From: Steroidobacteraceae bacterium | GTDB taxonomy: Bacteria; Pseudomonadota; Gammaproteobacteria; Steroidobacterales; Steroidobacteraceae | Assembly (NCBI GenBank): GCA_035713045.1 | Contig: DASTAC010000172.1 | Coordinates: 17,862 to 81,861 of the forward strand | Direction of reading: 5' to 3' | Length of the DNA: 64,000 nucleotides | Part shown: positions 1 to 8,608 of the stretch, in pieces | Layout: each line of letters starts with the position of its first letter | Position numbering within the stretch: the stretch's first letter is position 1 | Program-made: the position numbers and the translations under genes | The notes under the pieces: generated by a model | What the model was told of the DNA's origin: nothing | Seen by the model: the letters and a program-made list of their open reading frames with translations, nothing else | Database searches by the model: none

Positions 1-1311
1 GGCGGGGTCTCCGTGATGCTGCCGGACTTCACGACGCTGGTGAAAAAATACGGGCCCGCGGTGGTCAACATCCGCGTGATCGAGAAATCGCCGAGCCAGG
101 GCCAGGGCCAGGGCAGCCCGTTCGGCCCCAACAGCCCGTTCGCGCCGTTCTTCCGCGGCATGCCCTTCCAGGCGCCCCCGCAGGAGCCCATCCGCGGCGA
201 GGGCTCGGGATTCATCATCCGCCCCGACGGGGTCATCCTGACCAACGCGCACGTGGTCGCGGGCGCGACCCACGTGACCGTCCAGCTGACCGACCGGCGC
301 CAGTACACGGCCAAGGTGATCGGCGAGGACAAGATCGCGGACGTGGCGGTCATCAAGATCCCCGCCAACAACCTGCCGACCGTCCAGCTCGGCAATTCCA
401 ACACCCTGCAGGTGGGACAGTGGGTGCTCGCGATCGGCGCGCCGTTCGGCTTCGAGAACAGCGCGACGTCCGGAATCGTCAGCGCCAAGGGGCGCACTCT
501 CCCCGATTCGGGCTATGTGCCCTTCATCCAGACGGACGTGCCGATCAATCCCGGCAACTCCGGCGGCCCGCTCTTCAACATGCAGGGGCAGGTCATCGGG
601 ATCAACTCGCAGATCTACAGCCGCACGGGCGGCTACATGGGCGTCTCGTTCTCGATCCCGATCAACGTCGCGATGGAGGTGGCGCATCAGCTGATGACCA
701 CCGGGCACGTGGAGCGGGGCAAGCTCGGTGTGATCATCCAGAACGTCGACCAGGGGCTCGCCGATTCCTTCGGTCTGCCGGAGCCCGAGGGCGCGCTGGT
801 CTCGCAGGTCGAGCCCGACAGCCCCGCCTCGCGCGCGGGCATGCAGCCCGGCGACGTGATCCTGGCGCTGAACGGGGTCCCGGTGAAGACCTCGAGCCAG
901 CTGCCGGTGCGCATTGCGAGCCTCATGCCGGGCACGACCGTGCATCTGACCATCTGGCGGGATCACGCCCAGCGGGAAATCGCCGTCAAGCTCGGATCGA
1001 TGGGCAACCAGACGCTCGCCTCCATAGAGCATCCGAAGCAGCAGGGCGGGAGCCTCGGCCTCGCGGTACGGCCGCTCACCGGTGACGAGCAGCAGCAGGC
1101 CCACACCCATGGCGGCCTCCTGGTCGAAGGTGTGAGCGGTCCGTCAGAGGATGCCGGCATTCAGCCGGGGGACGTGGTCCTTGCCGCCAATGGCCAGCGG
1201 GTGTCCACGCCCGCGCAGCTGCGAGCGGCGGTGGCCAAGGCTCACGGGCACGTGGCTCTGCTCGTCGAGCGCGGCGGGCAGCGGATCTTCTTCCCCGTGC
1301 AGGTGAAGTGA
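1..1311 (+). CDS. HtrA/DegP/MucD-family periplasmic serine endoprotease (5' end outside window)
   Basis: Frame is open from base 1. Trypsin-like catalytic motifs TNAHVV (His), DVAVIKI (Asp) and GNSGGPLFN (Ser) are followed by two PDZ-like segments. Stop at 1309-1311. Confidence 0.9.
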   Translation, partial: GGVSVMLPDFTTLVKKYGPAVVNIRVIEKSPSQGQGQGSPFGPNSPFAPFFRGMPFQAPPQEPIRGEGSGFIIRPDGVILTNAHVVAGATHVTVQLTDRRQYTAKVIGEDKIADVAVIKIPANNLPTVQLGNSNTLQVGQWVLAIGAPFGFENSATSGIVSAKGRTLPDSGYVPFIQTDVPINPGNSGGPLFNMQGQVIGINSQIYSRTGGYMGVSFSIPINVAMEVAHQLMTTGHVERGKLGVIIQNVDQGLADSFGLPEPEGALVSQVEPDSPASRAGMQPGDVILALNGVPVKTSSQLPVRIASLMPGTTVHLTIWRDHAQREIAVKLGSMGNQTLASIEHPKQQGGSLGLAVRPLTGDEQQQAHTHGGLLVEGVSGPSEDAGIQPGDVVLAANGQRVSTPAQLRAAVAKAHGHVALLVERGGQRIFFPVQVK

Positions 1312-1343
1312 GCTGGCGTTGAGGACCTGACCGACCCGAAGGC

Positions 1344-2015
1344 TTATTCGACTGCTTTCGGCGGCTGCTGCCGATCGGTCCAGCTGAAGAACGGCCGGGG
1401 CTCCGTGCGGAGCCCCGGCCGCAGGCTGCTGAAGTAGTCGACAATGGCCGCGATCTGCGGGCGGGTCAGAGAGGCGGCCATGCTGTCCATGATGGGGTTC
1501 TGGCGATCCTTGTTGTGGTATTCCTGGATCGCGCGGGTGAGGTAGCTGGCATGCTGACCAGCCAGGTCCGGGTACATCGGCGCCACGGCGATGCCCGCCT
1601 TCCCGTGACAGGAGGTGCACACGGCCGCCGCCGCAGGCACGGGGCGCTTGGGAGCGGTGCTCGCGGCGACCAGCGGCTTGGCGGCGAAATAGGCGGCGAT
1701 GTCGACGATGTCCTGGTCCGAGAGCGATATGGCCTGCATGCGCATGGTCGGGTAGTCGCGCTGGCCGCTCTTGTATTCCTGCAGCGCGGCGATGAGGTAC
1801 TGCTCGTTCTGACCCCGCAGTCGCGGTACCGCATAATCGGGGTAGGCGTTGCGGTAGCCCTGGATGCCGTGGCAGCCCAGGCAGGTGTACGAGAGAACCT
1901 GGCCCCGCTGCGGATTGGGCGTCAGCTGCGGTTGCTGCGCCAAGGCAGCCCCGGCGGCGAGGAAGCCGATGCCGATCGCTGCACTGATTTTCAGTGCTCT
2001 CGCGGCCGCTCGCAT
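1344..2015 (-). CDS. dihaem cytochrome c4-type protein
   Basis: Two CxxCH haem motifs (CLGCH, CTSCH) in two similar halves. Signal peptide MRAAARALKISAAIGIGFLAAGAALA. Start set at ATG 2013-2015 inside the longer 1344..2543 ORF, whose upstream part looks like Arg/Ser-rich shadow. Confidence 0.8.
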   Translation of the reverse strand: MRAAARALKISAAIGIGFLAAGAALAQQPQLTPNPQRGQVLSYTCLGCHGIQGYRNAYPDYAVPRLRGQNEQYLIAALQEYKSGQRDYPTMRMQAISLSDQDIVDIAAYFAAKPLVAASTAPKRPVPAAAAVCTSCHGKAGIAVAPMYPDLAGQHASYLTRAIQEYHNKDRQNPIMDSMAASLTRPQIAAIVDYFSSLRPGLRTEPRPFFSWTDRQQPPKAVE

Positions 2016-2136
2016 TCTCGAACGCACTTGTGAACGCAACATACGTCCCGCCATCGTGTTCTCCGGCTCGGTGCGCAAAACCCCGGCGCATCTTATCGGA
2101 CCCGGCATGGCGGACGCCAGAGTGCATACCGGTGAA

Positions 2137-2577
2137 ATGATGATCGGCCTCATCCAACGCGTTTTGCGCGCCAGCGTCGGCACACGTGGGCAGCCCCTCG
2201 GTGACATCGGCCGCGGCACCCTCGCACTGATCGGCGTGCTTCGGGGGGACGACCGTGCGGCAGCCGATCGGCTGCTCGAGCGGCTGCTGGCATACCGCAT
2301 ATTTGCCGATTCGGCCGGGAGGATGAACCTGTCGCTGCGGGAGGTCGGCGGGGGACTGCTGCTGGTACCGCAGTTCACCCTCGCGGCGGACACTCGCAAG
2401 GGAAACCGCGCCGGGTTCAGCACCGCGGCCGCACCGGAGGAGGCGCGCGAGCTCTTCGCCCATCTGGTCGCGCGCGCCATGCAGGTGCACTCCCCGGTAG
2501 CGGCCGGGGAATTCGGCGCCGACATGCAGGTGGAGCTGGTCAACGACGGCCCGGTGACCTTCTGGCTGGAGGCCTGA
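2137..2577 (+). CDS. dtd: D-aminoacyl-tRNA deacylase
   Basis: MMIGLIQRV...LLLVPQFTLAADT...VNDGPVTFWL matches Dtd over a full ~146 aa. Tandem ATGs at 2137 and 2140 inside the 1864..2577 ORF. Confidence 0.88.
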   Translation: MMIGLIQRVLRASVGTRGQPLGDIGRGTLALIGVLRGDDRAAADRLLERLLAYRIFADSAGRMNLSLREVGGGLLLVPQFTLAADTRKGNRAGFSTAAAPEEARELFAHLVARAMQVHSPVAAGEFGADMQVELVNDGPVTFWLEA

Positions 2578-2704
2578 GCCCGCAGCCGGGCCGGCGCCGA
2601 ATAAGGGAATATACGAATTTTCTCGGCTGCCAGCGGTCGATTGGCCTATGATTCCGTTCTCATTCGTGTTCTCTCACGCGTAAGCGGAGCGGAGTTCAAG
2701 CTTT

Positions 2705-2959
2705 ATGGAAATGAAGGAGCTGCTGATCATTCTGGTCGTGGTGCTCGTCGTCTTCGGTGCCAAGAAGCTCCGGAGCGTCGGCGAGGATCTGGGCCATGCC
2801 GTGCGCGGCTTCAAGAAGGCGATGAACGAGGGCGAGCAGGAGGAGACCGCCGCCGCATCGCCTCGCCGCCAGATCCGCTCGGATGCCCCTGACGCCGAGT
2901 TTCCCGAGGCCAAGGCCGCTCCCAAGGCCGATACCGCCAAGAGCGAGCGGAGCGCCTGA
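2705..2959 (+). CDS. tatA: twin-arginine translocase subunit TatA
   Basis: TM helix plus amphipathic helix [35 protein letters not shown], acidic/polar tail, followed by tatB and tatC. Confidence 0.9.
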   Translation: MEMKELLIILVVVLVVFGAKKLRSVGEDLGHAVRGFKKAMNEGEQEETAAASPRRQIRSDAPDAEFPEAKAAPKADTAKSERSA

Positions 2960-2985
2960 GCCCTGATGGGCGAGCCGGTGCATTC

Positions 2986-3012
2986 AGCGAGGACACTTAA
3001 CGTGTCCTCGCT
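2986..3012 (+). other. perfect stem-loop (11-bp stem AGCGAGGACAC/GTGTCCTCGCT, loop TTAAC) in the tatA-tatB spacer
   Basis: Read directly from the sequence. Begins 27 nt after the tatA stop and overlaps repeat copy 1. Confidence 0.7.
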
Positions 3013-3024
3013 CCGGCGAGCGCC
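3000..3024. repeat. REP-like 25-nt repeat, copy 1 (ACGTGTCCTCGCTCCGGCGAGCGCC)
   Basis: Identical 25-mer recurs at 3111..3135. Flanks also share CAGCGAG upstream and GCGCA downstream. Confidence 0.85.
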
Positions 3025-3060
3025 CGCGCACGGAAGCGCGGGCCGGGTGCCCTGCCGCCA

Positions 3061-3086
3061 GGGAAGGCCAGTCGCATGGCCTTCCC
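3061..3086 (+). other. perfect stem-loop (10-bp stem GGGAAGGCCA/TGGCCTTCCC, loop GTCGCA) between the two repeat copies
   Basis: Read directly from the sequence. Lies in the tatA-tatB spacer. Confidence 0.7.
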
Positions 3087-3110
3087 CGTCTCTTCCAGCG
3101 AGAACCCCTG

Positions 3111-3135
3111 ACGTGTCCTCGCTCCGGCGAGCGCC
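3111..3135. repeat. REP-like 25-nt repeat, copy 2
   Basis: 25/25 identical to 3000..3024. Its left-arm partner (GCGAGAACCC) is degenerate, so the hairpin is weaker than in copy 1. Confidence 0.85.
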
Positions 3136-3175
3136 ATCCGCGCATCCCACCCCCGCCCTCCGCCCCTGAGCTTCC

Positions 3176-3559
3176 ATGTTCGACATCGGGTTCTCCGAGA
3201 TCCTCGTCATCTTCATCCTGGCGCTCGTCGTGCTGGGACCGGAGAAGCTGCCGCGCGTCGTGCGTGAGGTCGGCCGCTGGGTCGGCCGGGCGCGCGCCAT
3301 GGCCCGGCAGTTCCAGGAGCAGCTCGAGGACGAGATCGACGTCGATCGGAGCCGGACGATCCGGCCGCAGCCCGTTCGGCCCGTCGGGGGTGTTCCTCCC
3401 GCCGACACGCCGCCGCTGACGCCGGATCCCGTGGAGCCGGCAGTCGCCGAGACCCCGCCACCGGAGAGTGGCGTCGAAGTCCCGCCCGAAGCGGCCGCTG
3501 CGGCTGCCGACCGGCCGTCAGAGCCTTCCACAGCGGATACGCATGAGCGAGGAACCTGA
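3176..3559 (+). CDS. tatB: twin-arginine translocase subunit TatB
   Basis: MFDIGFSEILVIFILALVVLGPEKLPRVVREVGRWVGRAR is a canonical TatB N-terminus, followed by a Pro-rich tail. Confidence 0.9.
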   Translation: MFDIGFSEILVIFILALVVLGPEKLPRVVREVGRWVGRARAMARQFQEQLEDEIDVDRSRTIRPQPVRPVGGVPPADTPPLTPDPVEPAVAETPPPESGVEVPPEAAAAAADRPSEPSTADTHERGT

Positions 3560-4307
3560 GAAGCTCGCCGAAGCGTCCCTGATCTCGCACCTGCTGGAGC
3601 TGCGCGACCGGCTGATCCGGGCGTTGGTGGCGGTGGGGATCGTGTTCGTTCCGTGCGCGTTCTACGCCAATCCTCTCTTCACGCTCGCCTCGCAACCGCT
3701 TCTCAGGAAGCTGCCGAGGGGCACCACCCTCATCGCCACGGGCGTGGCGGCGCCTTTCACGACCCCCTTCAAGCTCTCGTTCTTCGTCGCGCTCTTCGTG
3801 GCGATGCCGTATGTGCTCTATCAGCTGTGGGCGTTCGTGGCGCCGGGACTGTACCGGCACGAGAAGCGCTTCGCCCTGCCGCTGCTCGTCTCCTCGATCG
3901 CGCTCTTCTACACCGGAGTGGCTTTCGCCTACTTCTTCGTGTTCCCGGCGATGTTCCACTTCTTCGCCAGCACGACGCCCAAGGGCGTGACGATGATGAC
4001 GGACATCTCGCAGTACCTGAATTTCGTGCTGCTCATGTTCTTCGGATTCGGCGCCGCCTTCGAGCTGCCGGTCGCCGTCGTGCTGCTCGTGCTCACGGGG
4101 CTGGTGGAGGTCGACAAGCTGAAGAGCTACCGCGGCTACGTGCTCCTGGGCGTCTTCATCGTCGCGGCCTTCCTCACACCCCCGGACGCCGTGTCGCAAT
4201 CGCTGCTCGCCATTCCGATGTACCTCCTCTTCGAGGGCGGCCTCGTCATGGCGCGCATCCTGCAGCGCTCCAAGGGCGAGGACACGGAGCAGGCGCAAAC
4301 TTCATAA
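3543..4307 (+). CDS. tatC: twin-arginine translocase subunit TatC
   Basis: Six-TM TatC-like protein (SHLLELRDRLIRALVAV..., ...FLTPPDAVSQ...). ATG 3543 lies inside the 3468 ORF and overlaps the tatB end by 17 nt. Confidence 0.9.
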   Translation: MSEEPEKLAEASLISHLLELRDRLIRALVAVGIVFVPCAFYANPLFTLASQPLLRKLPRGTTLIATGVAAPFTTPFKLSFFVALFVAMPYVLYQLWAFVAPGLYRHEKRFALPLLVSSIALFYTGVAFAYFFVFPAMFHFFASTTPKGVTMMTDISQYLNFVLLMFFGFGAAFELPVAVVLLVLTGLVEVDKLKSYRGYVLLGVFIVAAFLTPPDAVSQSLLAIPMYLLFEGGLVMARILQRSKGEDTEQAQTS

Positions 4308-4342
4308 TGGTTGAAGCGCAGAGTCTTCGCGCCGAGGATCAG

Positions 4343-5848
4343 ATGAGCAAGGTGCTCCCCGATACCGCAGCGCCCGATGCGCGGCCTCACGCCGCTGCGG
4401 AGGCGACTGCGTTCGGCCACCCGCGCGGGCTCGCGACGCTCTTCGTCACGGAGATGTGGGAGCGATTCACCTACTACGGCATCCAGTCGATCCTCATCCT
4501 CTTCATGGTGGCGGCGAGCGGCCGCGGCGGGCTGGGGCTCGGTGACCAGAGCGCCAATGCCATCGTGGGGCTCTATTTCGGCGGCACTTACCTGCTCTCG
4601 CTCCTCGGCGGCTGGGTGGCGGACCGGCTGATCGGCGGCCAGCTCGCGGTGGCCGCGGGCGGTGTGCTGATCACAGCCGGCAACGGCATGCTCGCCGCCG
4701 GCAGCACGCGACTTTTCTTTCTCGGACTGGTCTTCAACGTCCTGGGAGTCGGGCTGCTGAAGCCCAACGTCAGCAGCATTGTCGGGGAGCTCTATCCCGA
4801 GGGAGGCTCGCGGCGGGATGCGGGCTTCTCGATCTTTTACATGGGCATCAACATCGGCTCGCTCCTCGGCCCCATGTTCGTGCCGATCGTGGCCCAGCAC
4901 TACGGCTGGCACGCGGGATTCGCCCTGCCGGCGCTCGGTATGCTGTTCGGGGTGGTGCAGTTTCTGGCCACCCGGCGCTACCTGGGCTCCTCCGGCGCCG
5001 CGCCCGCGAGCACGCGCCCGCGCTCCTGGCTCGCGCTCTGGCTCTTCGTGGCCGCAATCGGCGCGCTCACGGCACTGACGCTGAGTGGCGTGCTCGCCTT
5101 CGATGCCGTGGCGCTCGCCGCGCGGCTGTCCTGGGCCGTCGGCATTCTGATGGCGGCATACCTCCTCTACATGGCATTCCTCGGCGGGCTCACGCTCGAG
5201 GAGCGCGGCCGCGTGTTCGCGATGATCGCGCTGTTCGCGGCATCCACCGTGTTCTGGATGGCCTACATGCAGATGTTCGGGTCGTTCACGCTCTTCGCGC
5301 AGCGGTATACCGACCTAGACGTCTTCGGCTGGCACATGCCGCCCGGGGACACGCAGACGATCGACCCGATATTCGTCATCGCGCTGGCTCCGGTCTTCGC
5401 CGCGCTGTGGGTGAGGCTCGGGCGCCGCGGCCGGGACCTCTCCTCACCGGCGAAGTTCGGTTGGGGTCTGCTGCTGATGGCGGCGAGCATGCTCGTCATG
5501 TACGTGGCGGCCCTGCGGGTGCTGCACGGGACGCGCGTTTCCCTCCTGTGGCTCACCGTCACCTATTTGCTGAACGCCTGCGGCGAGCTGTGCCTCTCGC
5601 CGGTGGGACTCTCCTCGACGACCAAGCTGGCGCCGGCGCGCTTCGCCGGCCAGACCATGGGACTGTGGTTCCTCACCCTGGCCCTGGGAAGCTTTCTCGC
5701 GGGTCTGCTGTCCGGCGACTACAACGCCCATCATCTGGCGACGCTGCCGGCGCTGTACCTGAAGCTCTTCTGGTGGAGCGCTCTCGCCGGCGCCGTGATG
5801 CTGCTGATCACCCCGCCGGTGAAGCGCCTGATGGCTGGCGTCGAATGA
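4343..5848 (+). CDS. proton-dependent oligopeptide (POT/PTR2) family di/tripeptide transporter
   Basis: Has the ExxERFxYYG motif (EMWERFTYYG) and FYMGINIGSLLGP, with multiple TM helices. GAGG lies 5 nt upstream of ATG 4343. An alternative ATG at 4307 overlaps the tatC stop. The 3653..4342 part of the track ORF is an out-of-frame shadow of tatC. Confidence 0.85.
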   Translation: MSKVLPDTAAPDARPHAAAEATAFGHPRGLATLFVTEMWERFTYYGIQSILILFMVAASGRGGLGLGDQSANAIVGLYFGGTYLLSLLGGWVADRLIGGQLAVAAGGVLITAGNGMLAAGSTRLFFLGLVFNVLGVGLLKPNVSSIVGELYPEGGSRRDAGFSIFYMGINIGSLLGPMFVPIVAQHYGWHAGFALPALGMLFGVVQFLATRRYLGSSGAAPASTRPRSWLALWLFVAAIGALTALTLSGVLAFDAVALAARLSWAVGILMAAYLLYMAFLGGLTLEERGRVFAMIALFAASTVFWMAYMQMFGSFTLFAQRYTDLDVFGWHMPPGDTQTIDPIFVIALAPVFAALWVRLGRRGRDLSSPAKFGWGLLLMAASMLVMYVAALRVLHGTRVSLLWLTVTYLLNACGELCLSPVGLSSTTKLAPARFAGQTMGLWFLTLALGSFLAGLLSGDYNAHHLATLPALYLKLFWWSALAGAVMLLITPPVKRLMAGVE

Positions 5849-5867
5849 CCCGGCCCGGTGCGGGATC

Positions 5868-5892
5868 CGCCGGCCGGCGGCGCCGGCCGGCG
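5868..5892. terminator. tandem self-complementary 12-mers (CGCCGGCCGGCG G CGCCGGCCGGCG) between convergent genes; possible bidirectional terminator
   Basis: Read directly. Sits between the POT gene stop (5848) and the stop of the minus-strand methyltransferase gene (5906). There is no U-tract. Confidence 0.35.
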
Positions 5893-5905
5893 AATGCGCT
5901 TCGGG

Positions 5906-6877
5906 TCAGTTCGCCGGCTTGATGAACTTCAGCAGATAGGCGTCGGCATAGCCGATCTTCGCGTAGCGATTGCGGGCCGCCGCGCTGCTGTCCGCCAGCG
6001 AGGGCGGCAGATCGAAGACCGGGATGTTGCGCGGATCCTTCGGATTGGCGAGCGCCTCGGAGGTGCCGCCGAGCCGGAATCCGGCCCTCTGCGCCTCGTG
6101 AATCACGAACGCCTGAGGCAGTCGCGCCCACGGGAAGCACTCCGGCAGCGGTGTGCCCGGCGCGCAGCGATGGCCGGCGATGCCGAGAATGCCGCCCGGC
6201 TTCAACACGTGAAAGGCGCTGCGCAGGAACTTCTCGAGGAAGATGGGGGTGACTTCGTGGTGCACGTTCTCGAACATCAGATCGTGCATGTTGTTGAAGG
6301 TCACCACCATGTCGGCGGAATCCGGCGCGCCGAGGTGCATGTAGTTGGGCAGCTCGAACGGCTCGAGCCGCACTTTGCCGTAGACCGCGGGATCTGCGGC
6401 GAGCTTCGCGGAGAAGTGCAGCGCGGAACGGTGCGGATATCCCGTGGTGCCCGCCGCGGGCGAGGTGGCCTCGATCAGCTGGCCGTGATCGCGCAGGAAG
6501 GGCGCGAGGATCTCGGTGTACCAGCCCCCGCCCGGGAGCACCTCGACGACCCGCATGTCGGGACGGATGCCGAAGAACTCGAGCGTCTGCAGCGGATGGC
6601 GGAATTTGTCGCGCTCGACGAAGGCGGGAGTGCGCCACGAGCCGTGGATGGCCGCCTCGAGGGCCCGATGCACCGCAGGCGGCGTGGCCGCCGGGTCGGC
6701 GATGAGGTCCGTGCCGGTGAGGTGCTTGGGATTGCGCGGCGGCGCAGCGGCCAGCGCCGCAGCCGCAAGGCTCCAGGCGAGCGCCGCCGCGAGGAATTGG
6801 AGCTTCCCTGCCCCCGCGGGCTTGCCCCGGAGGCGGCGGGACGGCGGAGGCGAAACGGTCGGGAGAGACGAGGTCAT
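5906..6877 (-). CDS. exported class I SAM-dependent methyltransferase-like protein
   Basis: N-terminal signal-like segment (SRRLRGK...LAAALAWSLAAAALAAA) and a VVEVLPGGGWYTEIL nucleotide-binding loop. Resembles the predicted periplasmic methyltransferase family. Start ATG 6875-6877 lies inside the 5906..6967 ORF. Confidence 0.6.
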   Translation of the reverse strand: MTSSLPTVSPPPSRRLRGKPAGAGKLQFLAAALAWSLAAAALAAAPPRNPKHLTGTDLIADPAATPPAVHRALEAAIHGSWRTPAFVERDKFRHPLQTLEFFGIRPDMRVVEVLPGGGWYTEILAPFLRDHGQLIEATSPAAGTTGYPHRSALHFSAKLAADPAVYGKVRLEPFELPNYMHLGAPDSADMVVTFNNMHDLMFENVHHEVTPIFLEKFLRSAFHVLKPGGILGIAGHRCAPGTPLPECFPWARLPQAFVIHEAQRAGFRLGGTSEALANPKDPRNIPVFDLPPSLADSSAAARNRYAKIGYADAYLLKFIKPAN

Positions 6878-7024
6878 GGCGAGTCTCCGTTCTGCAGAGG
6901 CGCGAACGATAGCGCGGCTCTCATCCGAAAACCAACCTCGACGTGCCCTTGGCCCGCCCGGCGCCACGGCCGAGCCGTTGCCGGGATGCGAGAGAGGGCA
7001 ACGCGGCCGGGTTGGGGCGGCGGA

Positions 7025-8032
7025 TTACGTCACCGGTGAAACGGCGGAGGACCGGCGCGCGGCGAGCGCGGCGGCCGGATCGCGCCCGTAAAAGTTGGGA
7101 TCCGCCGCGGTCATGCCTTTGAAGCGGCGGTGGATCCATAGGTACTGATCGGGCACGGCGCGCACCTGCGCCTCGATCAGGCGGTGAAAGCGCTCGGCGT
7201 CGGCGCGCGGACATTCGCTCGGGTAGCTCTCGAGCGGCGGCTGGATGACGACGCGATAGCCGGCCGAGCCGGGCAGCCGCTCGACGAAGTAGGGCAGCAC
7301 GGCCGCGCCCGTCATCCGTGCGATCCGCGAAGTGGCGGTGTTGGTCGGCGCGGGAATGCCGAAGAGCGACACCATCTCCGCGCCCTTCTTGCGGTAGCTC
7401 TGGTCGGGCGCATACCAGACGACCTCGTTCCTCTTCAGGGCCGCGATCATCGAGCGGATGTCGTCCCGGGGTATCGCGCGGCCGCCATTGCGGCTGCGGC
7501 AGCGGCCGAGGACATGGGCCAGCGCCTCGTTCTTCGACGGGCGGTAGACGATGTTGACCGGCGTCGCCGCGGCCACGATCCTGCCGCCGATCTCGAGCGG
7601 CGTGAAGTGCGCGGTGAGGAGGATCGCACCACGGCCGCGCTCGAGCGCAGCCCGCATGTGCTCCATCCCCTCGATCCTCGAGATCGTCTGCAGTCGCGGA
7701 GTGGGCCACCACCACGCCATGGCGATCTCCGACAGCGCGATGCCGAGACTGGTGAAATGGCGGTCGAGCAGACGCCGGCGCTGCGCCGCATCGAGCTCCG
7801 GCAGGCACAGCTCGATGTTGCGCCGGGCGATGCGCACGAAGCGCACGGGCAGGCGCCGCAACAGCCTTCCGAGGCCGGCGCCGATGGCGAGCTGCACGCG
7901 GAAAGGGAGCAAGGTGAGCAATCGCAGGACGCCGAGGCCGGCCCACGTGGGCCAGTATCGGGGCGACAGCAGTGTTCCCCAGCGGGGCAGCCGCGCCCCG
8001 GCGGCCTCGAGCGGTGCAGTAGGTGTGGACAT
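7025..8032 (-). CDS. lipid A biosynthesis (Kdo)2-lipid IVA acyltransferase, LpxL/LpxM (HtrB) family
   Basis: N-terminal TM, AILLTAHFTPLEIGG (HX4E/D acyltransferase motif), ...YAPDQSY...GAEMVSLFGIPAPTNTATSRIA..., and C-terminal WIHRRFK. Confidence 0.8.
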   Translation of the reverse strand: MSTPTAPLEAAGARLPRWGTLLSPRYWPTWAGLGVLRLLTLLPFRVQLAIGAGLGRLLRRLPVRFVRIARRNIELCLPELDAAQRRRLLDRHFTSLGIALSEIAMAWWWPTPRLQTISRIEGMEHMRAALERGRGAILLTAHFTPLEIGGRIVAAATPVNIVYRPSKNEALAHVLGRCRSRNGGRAIPRDDIRSMIAALKRNEVVWYAPDQSYRKKGAEMVSLFGIPAPTNTATSRIARMTGAAVLPYFVERLPGSAGYRVVIQPPLESYPSECPRADAERFHRLIEAQVRAVPDQYLWIHRRFKGMTAADPNFYGRDPAAALAARRSSAVSPVT

Positions 8033-8195
8033 TTACCCCGGGCCGCGCTGTCGGCGAGCTCCGGGGCTCAGGATAGCGCAGCCCGCGCGGACCCGACAGC
8101 GATATCGCGCGCAGCGGGAGCCCGGTCACGGAATGTCCCGGACCGCGCGGCGGCGGTAAGCTGCCCGGACCGCCCGGTCACAGGAGGCCAAGCTC

Positions 8196-8564
8196 ATGAT
8201 TGCGCACACCACTCTGCCGGTCCGCGATTATCAGCGCTCGAAGGCGTTCTACGGCAAAGCGCTGGCACCGCTCGGCTACCGCAACAACATGGAGTTCGGC
8301 GAGTCCGCCGGCTTCAACGACGGCAAGAACACGGATTTCTGGATCACGAAGGAAGACACGGTCGTGCCTCTTCACCTCGCCTTCGAGGTGCGCAGCGAAG
8401 CCGAGGTCAAGGCGTTCCACGCGGCCGCGCTCGGCGCCGGCGGCAAGGACAATGGCGGTCCGGGATACCGCGATTACTGGCCGGGATACTACGCCGCGTT
8501 CGTCCATGATCCGGACGGACACAACATCGAGGCGGTGTGGTACGACTACAGCAAGGGCGGGTGA
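8196..8564 (+). CDS. VOC (glyoxalase/bleomycin-resistance/dioxygenase) family protein
   Basis: 122-aa protein with the pattern HTTLPVRDYQRSKAFY...HLAF...YYAAFVHDPDGHNIEAV typical of VOC-fold proteins. Confidence 0.75.
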   Translation: MIAHTTLPVRDYQRSKAFYGKALAPLGYRNNMEFGESAGFNDGKNTDFWITKEDTVVPLHLAFEVRSEAEVKAFHAAALGAGGKDNGGPGYRDYWPGYYAAFVHDPDGHNIEAVWYDYSKGG

Positions 8565-8608
8565 GGCGCGGCGCGGTTCGTCCCGGGGGTGCGTGATACA
8601 GTGGCGCG

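Noticed and set aside
2966-3169. 67-aa ORF in the tatA-tatB spacer
   Set aside because: Its sequence simply translates the two repeat copies (VSSLRRAP twice) and hairpins. It has no SD and is better explained as REP-like non-coding elements.
3653-4342. N-terminal 230 aa of the 731-aa track ORF
   Set aside because: It is an out-of-frame overlap with tatC. The POT transporter homology begins only at about 4343, where an ATG with a GAGG SD is present.
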